The translations under genes were made by a program, and so were the position numbers. Positions 25,227 to 32,000 of a DNA stretch of 32,000 nt are shown one piece after another; positions within the stretch are counted from its first letter, which is position 1, and each line of letters opens with the position of its first letter. Under the pieces are notes generated by a model. It did not search any database, was not told where the DNA came from, and saw only the letters and a list, made by a program, of their open reading frames with translations. Origin of the DNA: Thermodesulfobacteriota bacterium (lineage in GTDB: Bacteria; Desulfobacterota; WTBG01; JAGOGO01); the NCBI GenBank assembly GCA_026625185.1, contig CP113000.1, positions 420,001 to 452,000 on the forward strand. Direction: 5' to 3'.

Positions 25227-26051
25227 TCAAGTTTTAAGGAATGCCAGTAGGTCGGCATTGAGCTTGTCTTTGTGTGTGTACGCGAGGCCGTGGGGTGCAC
25301 CTGCATAGATCTTTAGGGTCGCATTTTTGACCAGTTTCGAAGAACAAAGAGCAGCGGCGCCGATCGGCACGATCTGGTCGTCGTCGCCGTGAAGGATCAG
25401 TGTCGTCACGTCGAACTTCTTAAGATCTTCGGTGAAATCTGTCTCGGAGAAAGCCTTGATGCAGTTGAAGGTGTTCTTGTGACCGGCTTGCATCCCCTGG
25501 AGCCAGAACGAGTCAATTATGCCCTGCGAGACCTTGGCACCCGGCCTGTTGGCGCCGAAGAATGGACCGCTGGCAAGATCCTTATACAGCTGCGAGCGGT
25601 CAGCGATGGAGCCGAGGCGGATCTCGTCGAACACCTCCATCGGCAAGCCTCCGGGATTGGCCGCCGTTTTCAGCATCAGAGGCGGGACGGCGGAAATCAG
25701 CGCGGCTTTGGCCACCCGTTTCGTACCGTGGCGGCCGATATAGCGGGCAACTTCGCCGCCGCCCGCTGAAAAGCCGATTAAAACGGCGCCCTTCAGGTCG
25801 AGCATCTCGATGAGCTCCGAGAGGTCGTCGGCATAAGTATCCATCTCGTTACCACTCCAGGGCTGGATAGATCGGCCATGCCCGCGGCGGTTATGAGCAA
25901 TGCAACGGTAGCCGTTGGAGGCCAGGAACACCATCTGAGCCTCCCAGCTATCCGCGCTGAGGGGCCAGCCGTGGCTGAACAGCACAGGCTGTCCTGTGCC
26001 CCAGTTCTTGTAATAAATCTGCGTACCGTCTTTCGTCGTAATTGTATTCAT
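25227..26051 (-). CDS. Alpha/beta hydrolase of the non-haem chloroperoxidase/arylesterase family
   Basis: [35 protein letters not shown], nucleophile elbow [22 protein letters not shown]. Start set at ATG 26051 (MNTITTKDG), giving the usual length of about 274 aa; the ORF track's N-terminal extension to 26153 is unsupported. Confidence 0.85.
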   Translation of the reverse strand: MNTITTKDGTQIYYKNWGTGQPVLFSHGWPLSADSWEAQMVFLASNGYRCIAHNRRGHGRSIQPWSGNEMDTYADDLSELIEMLDLKGAVLIGFSAGGGEVARYIGRHGTKRVAKAALISAVPPLMLKTAANPGGLPMEVFDEIRLGSIADRSQLYKDLASGPFFGANRPGAKVSQGIIDSFWLQGMQAGHKNTFNCIKAFSETDFTEDLKKFDVTTLILHGDDDQIVPIGAAALCSSKLVKNATLKIYAGAPHGLAYTHKDKLNADLLAFLKT

Positions 26052-26320
26052 TGTTTGCGCGACCTTTTTTACTGAATAAATTGTTAGATTCGGCAAGAAA
26101 TATTTCTGGAACTCCTGCACACCTCCTGTAAAATTATCTAACCTTCTCCCCACACGCCAATGGAATCTATTTGGACTACTCGACGTTTACGCTCCCAAGC
26201 CGTTTAGGTCGTTAACGAGTTTGATTGCTATATCATTGTTAATTGCGTTTTTGGCCGTGCCATCCTTCCTATTGCAATCTTGGTAATGGAGGGAGCGACA
26301 CGAGCTTTTCTAATAGAATC

Positions 26321-28147
26321 CTATTCATCCTGCGAGAAAATAACTACTGTGTATGGCCCGATGCTGATTTCGCCGGAGCAGGGCAGTCCATCGAGTCCTT
26401 CTTCATGAGTTTGGACGTCAGGCGTAGGATGATTATAAAAGTTTAAGCCGTAGTTGTACGAATCACTGTTAAATCGCGTTTTCCACAATCCGGCCCTCGG
26501 AAAACCGATGCGATACCCATCGCGGTTTTGATTGGTCATATTCACTACCACAACGACGCTATCGGTTGGTCCCAGTTTGTCCCAGCGATGGAAAGCGATG
26601 AGCTTGGCTCCATCGTCAAAATGATAGATTTGGATATTTTGACCGCACAACCCCCGCGTCACACCCGATAGATTGCGCCGTAGGGTGATCAGATCCCGAT
26701 ACATTCCGAGAATACCGTGTTCGTCCTCAGCTCGAGACCAATCAATCTGGACTTTATCCTGGAACCAGCGATCTTCCAGCAACTCCTGCCCTTTAAAAAG
26801 CATCGGAATGCCGGGCGCAGTGAGAACGAGCGCGGCGCCCAGGGTGGAGCGTTTCTTAGAAAACCAGCTATCCACTTTCCCTGGCCAGATCTCCTCCGGC
26901 ACCCGGGCTCGACCATTAGCAACCTCGTCGTGCGACTCAGTATAAATGACCCGTTCAAAGGCGTCTAACTCGTAGCGATGCTCGATCGCTCTACTGACTG
27001 CCCCCAAATCGCGGAGATTATCATCACTGGCGATGACGGCATAGCGAACAGGGTGAACAAACTCACTATCCCACTGCGCACTGAAGCCTCCGCCACCCGC
27101 CCCTGTATCTTTGTTGACCCATACGTTATTCTTCAAATCTTCAGCGATGCTGATCTTGCCCGGAAAACGTTTCTGGATTTCCTCATTAATCCACTGCATC
27201 AGGCTCCAGCCTTCGGGGATGTCATTAGCCGGATTTCCTTCATTGCCCTCAATGTTCTTGATATAGGTTATGGCATCCCAACGCAGCCCATCGGCGTGGT
27301 ATTCCTCAAGCCACATCAGAGCGTTATCGCACAGATAGCGGCGCACTTCATCCCGGCCATAATCGGGGCGTGTATCTCCCCAAGGTGTTTTCGAGCGGTG
27401 ATCATTGTAGAAGTAAATGCCCCCTTTCTCATTTTCGCACCAACCGTCAAACCGCCACAAATCAAGATCGGAGGGACCAAAGTGGTTGTAAACGACATCT
27501 ACGATAACAGCAATACCATGCAAATGGGCCGCCTTTACAAATCGCTTAAAGGCATCGGGCCCACCGTAAATACTTTCAACGGCAAAGGGATGAGACGGAT
27601 TGTAGCCCCACGAAAAGTCGCCTGAAAACTCCATGACCGGCATCACTTCCACGGCATTGATACCCAGTTCCTGAAGATAGGGCAATTTTTCCATGGCACT
27701 ATCCATCGTGCCCGGATGCCCCTCTTCTTTGACGTGAAAGGTACCGATGTGCATCTCGTAAATGATAAGCTCATTCCACGAGGCAATAGTAAAGGTATCA
27801 TCACCCCAATCGAAGGTTTGGGGATCATAGATAATTCCGTTGCCTGCTGCCTTCGTCACTTTTCTGGTATAAGGATCCATGCGAGAAAGAGGAGGGAGAT
27901 TCCAATCAGCAGGAGCGTGAATCAAATATCGGTACTCATCGCCCACTTTTGCCTCCGACACGCCAGTAGACCAGTATCCGTTTTTCTCATTGACGAGGGG
28001 TGCAGGGGTTTTGCTCCAGTCATTGAAGGTTCCGGTGACGTAAACCTTTTCAGCATGGGGTGCCCATACTCGGAAGGTTACACCCTTTGCATCGGGAATG
28101 GCCCCCATGCCGGGATGTTTAGTCATGGTACGAGCCTTTTTTGTCAT
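26321..28147 (-). CDS. GH13 alpha-glucan branching-enzyme-like protein (CBM48 plus catalytic barrel)
   Basis: GVTFRVWAPHAEKVYVTGTFNDW (CBM48). GH13 regions I DVVYNHFG, II DGLRWDAI, III IAED, IV YTESHDE. Start set at ATG 28147 (GGGAGAAG upstream); the ORF-track extension to 28234 overlaps the 3' end of the small-gene pseudogene. Branching versus trehalohydrolase/debranching activity is not resolvable by eye. Confidence 0.85.
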   Translation of the reverse strand: MTKKARTMTKHPGMGAIPDAKGVTFRVWAPHAEKVYVTGTFNDWSKTPAPLVNEKNGYWSTGVSEAKVGDEYRYLIHAPADWNLPPLSRMDPYTRKVTKAAGNGIIYDPQTFDWGDDTFTIASWNELIIYEMHIGTFHVKEEGHPGTMDSAMEKLPYLQELGINAVEVMPVMEFSGDFSWGYNPSHPFAVESIYGGPDAFKRFVKAAHLHGIAVIVDVVYNHFGPSDLDLWRFDGWCENEKGGIYFYNDHRSKTPWGDTRPDYGRDEVRRYLCDNALMWLEEYHADGLRWDAITYIKNIEGNEGNPANDIPEGWSLMQWINEEIQKRFPGKISIAEDLKNNVWVNKDTGAGGGGFSAQWDSEFVHPVRYAVIASDDNLRDLGAVSRAIEHRYELDAFERVIYTESHDEVANGRARVPEEIWPGKVDSWFSKKRSTLGAALVLTAPGIPMLFKGQELLEDRWFQDKVQIDWSRAEDEHGILGMYRDLITLRRNLSGVTRGLCGQNIQIYHFDDGAKLIAFHRWDKLGPTDSVVVVVNMTNQNRDGYRIGFPRAGLWKTRFNSDSYNYGLNFYNHPTPDVQTHEEGLDGLPCSGEISIGPYTVVIFSQDE

Positions 28148-28190
28148 TTTCTTCTCCCAATCCGAATCGTTTTCCTCTGAACCGGGATGG

Positions 28191-28384
28191 TCACCTCCCC
28201 ACGTGAATCCTGGAGAGGGAACTAAGGAGTCCAAAAACGTTCAGGAGCCACAAAATTATTGCAATGACCACGACGGCATTCAAGATCGACTTGATGGAGC
28301 CCGCCATCGGGATGAAACGGTGTTGATAAGCCAGAGAATAACACCAACCACGACCAGGTTCACCACGAGTAGTATTAAAGACAT
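28191..28384 (-). pseudogene. Frameshifted paralog of the 63-aa small membrane protein at 31635-31826
   Basis: AAGGAGGTG SD, then ATG 28384: MSLILLVVNLVVVGVILWLINTV. Two extra nt (tc) follow. In the shifted frame it continues IPMAGSIKSILNAVVVIAIILWLLNVFGLLSSLSRIHVGR*, colinear with MPLLQLIIVLVVVGVILWVINSYIPMQSTIKKILNVVV.... As written, the frame stops after 34 codons. Confidence 0.65.
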
Positions 28385-28402
28385 ACTACACCTCCTTGTC
28401 TT

Positions 28403-28433
28403 CCGAGGCAGACAACCCTATGTCCGCTCCCGG
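28403..28433 (-). promoter_or_regulatory. Conserved stem-loop (copy A) immediately 5' of the small-membrane-protein SD
   Basis: Minus-strand RNA CCGGGAGCGGACA-uagggu-UGUCUGCCUCGG gives a 12-bp stem (including G-U pairs) with one bulged A. No U-tract follows it, so it is not a canonical terminator. Confidence 0.35.
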
Positions 28434-28533
28434 TTGTATTGTTGATTATTGCCAATTTAAGGCGAAAGTCAGCGCAGCACTTTAAAACCCTCGTTGCCGA
28501 CTCCTCCGCGTGACAAAAGTCGTGCTTGGCCAC

Positions 28534-28689
28534 CTAAAGCCGACCCAAAAGAAGCAGGATTATCAGAATCACCAGTACCAAACCCAGCAGTCCGCTGGGG
28601 TAGTAACCCCACTGCCGGCTGTGAGGCCAAACGGGTATTACACCCAACAGTACCAAAACTAAGACGACGATCAAGATAGTTCCGAGCAT
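28534..28689 (-). CDS. DUF3309-like small membrane protein (copy A, 51 aa; not in the ORF track)
   Basis: Hand translation: MLGTILIVVLVLVLLGVIPVWPHSRQWGYYPSGLLGLVLVILIILLLLGRL*. AAGGAG SD 6 nt upstream. About 85 percent nucleotide identity by eye to 31295-31450. Confidence 0.75.
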   Translation of the reverse strand: MLGTILIVVLVLVLLGVIPVWPHSRQWGYYPSGLLGLVLVILIILLLLGRL

Positions 28690-28704
28690 ATCGTTTCTCC
28701 TTTC

Positions 28705-28855
28705 TTAGTAAAAATAACCCGGCTCCGGGTAACTCAGCGACTGCGGGTCGTTTTCTTTGAGGGATTTTTGCTTTTTCCTTTGTTCCCCGCCATCGCGTTC
28801 GTGACTGTCAGCTTTCTTGACTCCCCGCCAAATTTTTATCCTGCGCGTCGAGCAT
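28705..28855 (-). pseudogene. Decayed copy of the small hydrophilic protein gene (paralog of 31451-31645)
   Basis: The frame ending ...KKADSHERDGGEQRKKQKSLKENDPQSLSYPEPGYFY-TAA has no in-frame ATG/GTG/TTG after the upstream TGA. The only ATG (28853-28855) is in another frame and stops after 15 codons. Confidence 0.4.
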
Positions 28856-28934
28856 TTCTTCGAACGCTTTTTGTTTATCTCTCAAAACAATTTCCGCGCG
28901 TTTTAAATATTGCGCCTCCGATTATCGATTTTTC

Positions 28935-29843
28935 TTAACTTCGGCAGAGCAAGTTGCTATTAACTAACTCGTTTTTAAATCTTACACCGTGCGGGAGTAT
29001 CGGCAGAATGTCTTCGTAAATATCAAAGGCGTCTTGCCGTTCCATATGGAGAAAGTGTCCTGCGCCTTTTACGATTCTAACCTCGCAGTGAAGAACTTGG
29101 GAAGCAAGAAATCGAACATCTTCCAAATCGATAATCGTATCGTTTTCTCCGTAAATCAAAAACGTTTTTGCCTTAATTTTTGAAAGGTTAATTAAATTAC
29201 CTATTTTTTTTGTCGATACCATCAATAATCCATGTTCATAAAACGCATGCAAGGTTTCCGGGCTCATAGCATGAAACTGGGTGCCAATTTTATTTTTAAT
29301 GCTTTCAGGAAGATTTTGGCCGAAGCTTTCTATTAATACATCAGCTATTTTTTGCCGGTTTTGTGAGTCTATCTGTAAGCCCTTATTAATAGTTTCTACC
29401 ATCGCATCGTTGGCTTTTGTTCCCAGGCTTGCTAAACATAATTGTTTTACTTCATTACGATACCGCGAGGCAAATGCCAGCGCAATTATTCCTCCCCATG
29501 AAGCAGAACATATTGAAACGTTCCTATTTGTTCCGGTAGCTTTTATTACCTCGCGTAAAATATTTACCTGCTCATCCAGTGAAACAGAAATAGACCCAGA
29601 ACCAATTTTCCCTTTGCCCTGGTTAGGAAAATCAAAAAGCACTACCCGATAGTAGGGAGCATAACGCAAGACAAAAGTAAGCCACATTGCCATAGACTGC
29701 TGTACTCCATTAAGACATATAATATGCGGCCCTTCATTCTCATAAATCCGGTATGGAACCACAAATCTCCCTATTTCAATCGTTCCTTTTACGATTTCTG
29801 AGCCATGACGCATATATTTAGTAAAATGAGATGAATTAAACAT
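28935..29843 (-). CDS. RhlA/PhaG-like alpha/beta hydrolase (putative 3-hydroxyacyl-ACP acyltransferase/transacylase)
   Basis: 302 aa, colinear by eye with my recollection of P. aeruginosa RhlA. Matches are VVLFDFPNQG vs VVLFDLPFAG, SICSASWGGIIALAFASRY vs LVSASWGGISTLLALSRN, and HCEVRIVKGAGHFLHMERQ vs HCSFSRVEGTGHFLDLESK. Confidence 0.55.
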   Translation of the reverse strand: MFNSSHFTKYMRHGSEIVKGTIEIGRFVVPYRIYENEGPHIICLNGVQQSMAMWLTFVLRYAPYYRVVLFDFPNQGKGKIGSGSISVSLDEQVNILREVIKATGTNRNVSICSASWGGIIALAFASRYRNEVKQLCLASLGTKANDAMVETINKGLQIDSQNRQKIADVLIESFGQNLPESIKNKIGTQFHAMSPETLHAFYEHGLLMVSTKKIGNLINLSKIKAKTFLIYGENDTIIDLEDVRFLASQVLHCEVRIVKGAGHFLHMERQDAFDIYEDILPILPHGVRFKNELVNSNLLCRS

Positions 29844-29877
29844 TGCTTCTCCTTACTGTCATGGGCGACAAAAAAAA

Positions 29878-30324
29878 TTAATTCTTCAAAGTTTTAAGAT
29901 ACGCCTTTCTATCTTGAACTGCTTTTTTAACTCTCATGCCAACAGCAAACTGGTTTAAACCTTCAGACTCTGCCTTATGAGCCGCGCCAGAGGTAATCTT
30001 TGCGGCCTCTAACGTATTGTCTCCGCTTTCAACGAGCTCGGCTACAGAAGCTACCGCGTTTTTCAATGCCCTCCCATTTCTCCCTTCACCCCATAAATCC
30101 AATAAAACACTTTTTATGTCGGCGAGTAATGCTCTGGATGATATCAATCTTTTTACCGAATTTTCTGTAATCGTTATGAATTCATCAGATACGCCTTTGT
30201 TTTTCAGTTCCAACTTTAATTGTTCAAATGTGGTATCGACTGGTTCGCAATATCCCGGGAGGCGAATAAATGAAACAAGCATAATAGCAAAAATAACTAT
30301 GGGTAAGGCATTCTTTTTTTGCAT
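29878..30324 (-). CDS. Secreted hypothetical protein (all-helical)
   Basis: 148 aa. N-terminal signal peptide MQKKNALPIVIFAIMLVSFIRLPGYC. No recognisable family. Confidence 0.55.
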   Translation of the reverse strand: MQKKNALPIVIFAIMLVSFIRLPGYCEPVDTTFEQLKLELKNKGVSDEFITITENSVKRLISSRALLADIKSVLLDLWGEGRNGRALKNAVASVAELVESGDNTLEAAKITSGAAHKAESEGLNQFAVGMRVKKAVQDRKAYLKTLKN

Positions 30325-30433
30325 ATAGTATCTCCTTGATAGGGCAAAATTTCGAACTTTTCAACAGAACGACCATGGGCTGAATAAGGCGAAAAACAAC
30401 AAGCGTTATAGTATGGCCCTTGTCTAAACATAA

Positions 30434-30646
30434 TCAAGACGATGGGTTCTTTTCCTTCATCCTTCCAATCATCATCAGTAAGCATCCGGTCAGCAAGCCA
30501 ATTACGAAACTCGCCAGAATTGATAGGACTAAAGAGGTGGAAATTTGCCAGAAAAGAAAATTAAGAATTACAGGCTGAGTGTTCTGAATGGCAAATATCA
30601 GCAAAAGAATGAGAAGGACGATTATGGCGATCACTTTAGCACTCAT
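30434..30646 (-). CDS. LapA-domain (DUF1049-like) small membrane protein
   Basis: 70 aa, two TM helices. FAIQNTQPVILNFLFWQISTSLVL matches the LapA_dom pattern (AxQNxxxVxhxFLxW). Confidence 0.7.
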   Translation of the reverse strand: MSAKVIAIIVLLILLLIFAIQNTQPVILNFLFWQISTSLVLSILASFVIGLLTGCLLMMIGRMKEKNPSS

Positions 30647-30718
30647 TTATTCCACCCCTTTTTTTAAAGCGTTTAATTCTGAAACAAAACGTGCTGTCTG
30701 AGTGAGGAGAACTGATGA

Positions 30719-31033
30719 CTACTTCACGATCAGATTATTCTTTACGGATTTGACTCCCCCGACAGCCCTTGCAATTTGGCCCGCTCGATCGATGGCCGTT
30801 TGAGAATCAACGAAACCACTCAGCTGAACGGTGCCCTTATAAGTTTCGACACTGATCTGGAAGGACTTGAGAAAATCATCATTTGCAAGCTGAGTTTTTA
30901 CCTTGCTCGTGATGACCGTATCGTCAAGGTATTGACCGGGACTTTCATGTTTGCGTGTCGATGCACAGGCCACAAAGGTGGCAATCAGCACAAGAAGGAT
31001 AACATAGCGAATCAAGATACCTTTCTTTTTCAT
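30719..31033 (-). CDS. BON-domain lipoprotein (OsmY-like)
   Basis: 104 aa. Signal with probable lipobox ...IATFVAC. BON pattern DDTVITSKVKTQLANDDFLKSFQISVETYKGTVQLSGFVDSQTAIDRAGQIARAVGGVKSVKNNL. Confidence 0.8.
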   Translation of the reverse strand: MKKKGILIRYVILLVLIATFVACASTRKHESPGQYLDDTVITSKVKTQLANDDFLKSFQISVETYKGTVQLSGFVDSQTAIDRAGQIARAVGGVKSVKNNLIVK

Positions 31034-31085
31034 AGTAGTTACTCCTTTCTAACTGTTTAATATTGCCACTAAAAACCCTGTCCAA

Positions 31086-31136
31086 CTAAGGATTGAGCCC
31101 CTTTATCAGGATCACCACAATTTGAATTAAAGGCAT
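31086..31136 (-). pseudogene. Truncated remnant (16 codons) of a third copy of the small membrane protein gene
   Basis: GGGAGGTG SD, then ATG 31136: MPLIQIVVILIKGLNP*. The first 11 or so codons are homologous to 31826-start (MPLLQLIIVLV) and 28384-start (MSLILLVVNLV); homology is then lost. Confidence 0.4.
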
Positions 31137-31158
31137 AAAATATACACCTCCCTATTTT

Positions 31159-31189
31159 CCGAGGCAGACACCTTTGTGTTCGCTCCCGG
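31159..31189 (-). promoter_or_regulatory. Conserved stem-loop (copy B), homolog of 28403-28433
   Basis: Same right arm as copy A. The left arm has one change that creates an A-C mismatch. The loop differs (caaagg). Confidence 0.3.
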
Positions 31190-31294
31190 TTCTGCACTGT
31201 TCCATAGGGCATATTTGAGGTTCAAGCTCGCCGCTATACTTTCAAAAGCGCTTGTTGCCATCTTCTGCGCGTGACATCAGTCGTGCATGGCCAC

Positions 31295-31450
31295 CTAAAG
31301 CCGACCCAAAAGCAGCAGGATGACCAGAATCACCAGGACTACACCCAGCAGTCCGCTCGGGTAGTAACCCCACTTTCGGCTGTGAGGCCACGTGGGTATG
31401 GCACCCACCAGCATCAAAATCAAGAGGACGATCAAAATAGTTCCGAGCAT
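31295..31450 (-). CDS. DUF3309-like small membrane protein (copy B, 51 aa)
   Basis: MLGTILIVLLILMLVGAIPTWPHSRKWGYYPSGLLGVVLVILVILLLLGRL*. Has its own AAGGAG SD. The ORF track shows it only as the C-terminus of a 116-aa fused ORF. Confidence 0.75.
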   Translation of the reverse strand: MLGTILIVLLILMLVGAIPTWPHSRKWGYYPSGLLGVVLVILVILLLLGRL

Positions 31451-31645
31451 ATCGTTTCTCCTTTCTAAGTAAAAATGACCCGGCCCTGGGGAACTAAGCT
31501 CCTGCGGGTCTTTTTCTTTGGAAGATTGTTGCTTCTTTTCTTGCTCCCCGCGGTCGCGTTCGGGACTGTCAGTATTTTTTGACAGACGAGTGGTGGGCAC
31601 ATAAATGCCCTTTGCAATTTTTATTTTAGACTCTTTACTTCCCAA
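31451..31645 (-). CDS. Small hydrophilic Lys/Glu/Ser-rich protein, reading through in frame into DUF3309 copy B
   Basis: MGSKESKIKIAKGIYVPTTRLSKNTDSPERDRGEQEKKQQSSKEKDPQELSSPGPGHFY, then TTA where copy A has TAA. 11-nt overlap with the upstream small membrane protein gene. Confidence 0.45.
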
Positions 31646-31826
31646 TACGAATCGTTGAGAGGTCTCCTATAAGTCCGAAGACACTCAATAGCCATATAAT
31701 CACAACAATAATTACTACCACATTCAAAATTTTTTTTATGGTAGATTGCATTGGTATGTAGCTATTAATCACCCATAGAATCACTCCAACGACAACCAAA
31801 ACAATTATTAATTGAAGTAACGGCAT
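31635..31826 (-). CDS. Small two-TM membrane protein (63 aa; resembles the family I recall as Thivi_2564-type)
   Basis: MPLLQLIIVLVVVGVILWVINSYIPMQSTIKKILNVVVIIVVIIWLLSVFGLIGDLSTIRIGK. AAGGAG SD upstream. Only intact copy of three in the window. Confidence 0.65.
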   Translation of the reverse strand: MPLLQLIIVLVVVGVILWVINSYIPMQSTIKKILNVVVIIVVIIWLLSVFGLIGDLSTIRIGK

Positions 31827-32000
31827 ATTATTTCTCCTTTCATAATGAGGATTGAGGAGAAGGGATACTTTTCCCTCTCCATTTACTGTTTCTTTTCCAT
31901 CTGCCTAATGATGTGCAATCATCTGATTGAAATGTTAATAAAAGTAGCCATCCTTATTTTCTATCATATTGTTCTTCTCCCCCTCTTTCATGGTTTCCCT

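Larger units (their letters stand above)
28191..28855 (-). repeat. Small-gene module, copy A (direct repeat of 31086-31645)
   Basis: Colinear blocks in both copies: hydrophilic ORF, DUF3309, a spacer of about 150 nt with conserved islands (TTCCGAGGCAGACA, CGCTCCCGGTT, GCGTGACA, AGTCGTGC-TGGCCAC), SD, and the start of the small membrane protein gene. Confidence 0.75.
31086..31645 (-). repeat. Small-gene module, copy B
   Basis: See copy A. The offset between copies is about 2.76 kb (DUF3309 starts at 28689 vs 31450). Confidence 0.75.

Noticed and set aside
26052-26153. N-terminal extension of the chloroperoxidase-like hydrolase ORF, and similar extensions at 6201-6227, 23308-23322, 19644-19661 and 20201-20338.
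   Set aside because: Internal ATGs have better SD context or give family-typical lengths, and the extensions add no recognisable sequence. The 20201-20338 case remains the least certain.
28148-28234. N-terminal extension of the GH13 ORF (MDSLVPSPGFTWGGDHPGSEENDSDWEKK).
   Set aside because: It starts at a TTG and overlaps the shifted-frame 3' end of the small membrane-protein pseudogene. It also precedes a good SD-ATG at 28147, after which the CBM48 motif follows at the usual distance.
26673-28445. Plus-strand ORFs 26978-27625, 27716-28180 and 28098-28445, plus the other alternative-frame ORFs within this span on either strand.
   Set aside because: They are antisense or alternative-frame to the GH13 gene, which has all four GH13 regions, or to the small membrane-protein pseudogene. 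ORF 28098-28445 simply spans the GH13 start and the pseudogene on the opposite strand.
30297-30485. 62-aa minus-strand ORF between the secreted-protein and LapA-domain genes.
   Set aside because: It overlaps both neighbours in other frames and has no SD and no recognisable features.
1-32000. Scan for CRISPR arrays, tRNA/rRNA genes, integrases, toxin-antitoxin pairs or recognisable phage-defence genes.
   Set aside because: I noticed no regularly spaced direct repeats, no cloverleaf-like or rRNA-like conserved stretches, and no ORF with motifs of those classes. Absence by eye is not proof; tRNAscan-SE, Infernal and a defence-system HMM scan would settle it.

Overview
This 32-kb bacterial window has almost every supportable gene on the minus strand; only the first gene is on the plus strand. 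I saw no rRNA, tRNA or CRISPR array. All function calls come from reading motifs in the translated ORFs by eye, because no database or HMM search was possible.

**1-18.2 kb.** A tightly packed nine-gene minus-strand operon sits around a 2646-aa FAS/PKS-like megasynthase. Its domain order is degenerate ER, ER, KS, AT, ACP, KR, DH, which reads as a PfaD-like enoyl reductase fused to a PfaA-like core. The other operon genes are:
- a 4'-phosphopantetheinyl transferase;
- two GNAT-fold acyltransferase-like proteins;
- a His/His/Cys hypothetical protein;
- an ABC-2 exporter pair;
- an EptA-like phospho-headgroup transferase;
- a B12-binding radical SAM enzyme.

A PAP2 membrane protein gene converges on the operon from the plus strand. 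No thioesterase, chain-length factor or FabA-type dehydratase is present. This looks like a pathway for an uncharacterised specialised lipid and is the main candidate for a novel system.

**18.3-22.1 kb.** An AT-richer envelope block encodes a trypsin-like protease with TPR repeats, a membrane protein, a TlpA-like CxxC redoxin, a MauE/DoxX protein and a rhodanese.

**22.1-28.2 kb.** This is an accessory patch. It contains a long non-coding AT-rich gap with an imperfect inverted repeat, Fe-type superoxide dismutase, an IS110-family element, a cupin, a chloroperoxidase-like alpha/beta hydrolase and a GH13 branching-enzyme-like protein.

**28.2-31.8 kb.** Two diverged direct copies of a small-gene module (hydrophilic peptide, DUF3309, conserved stem-loop, small membrane protein) bracket a four-gene AT-rich segment. 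That segment encodes a RhlA/PhaG-like hydrolase, a secreted protein, a LapA-domain protein and a BON lipoprotein. The two copies have decayed differently.
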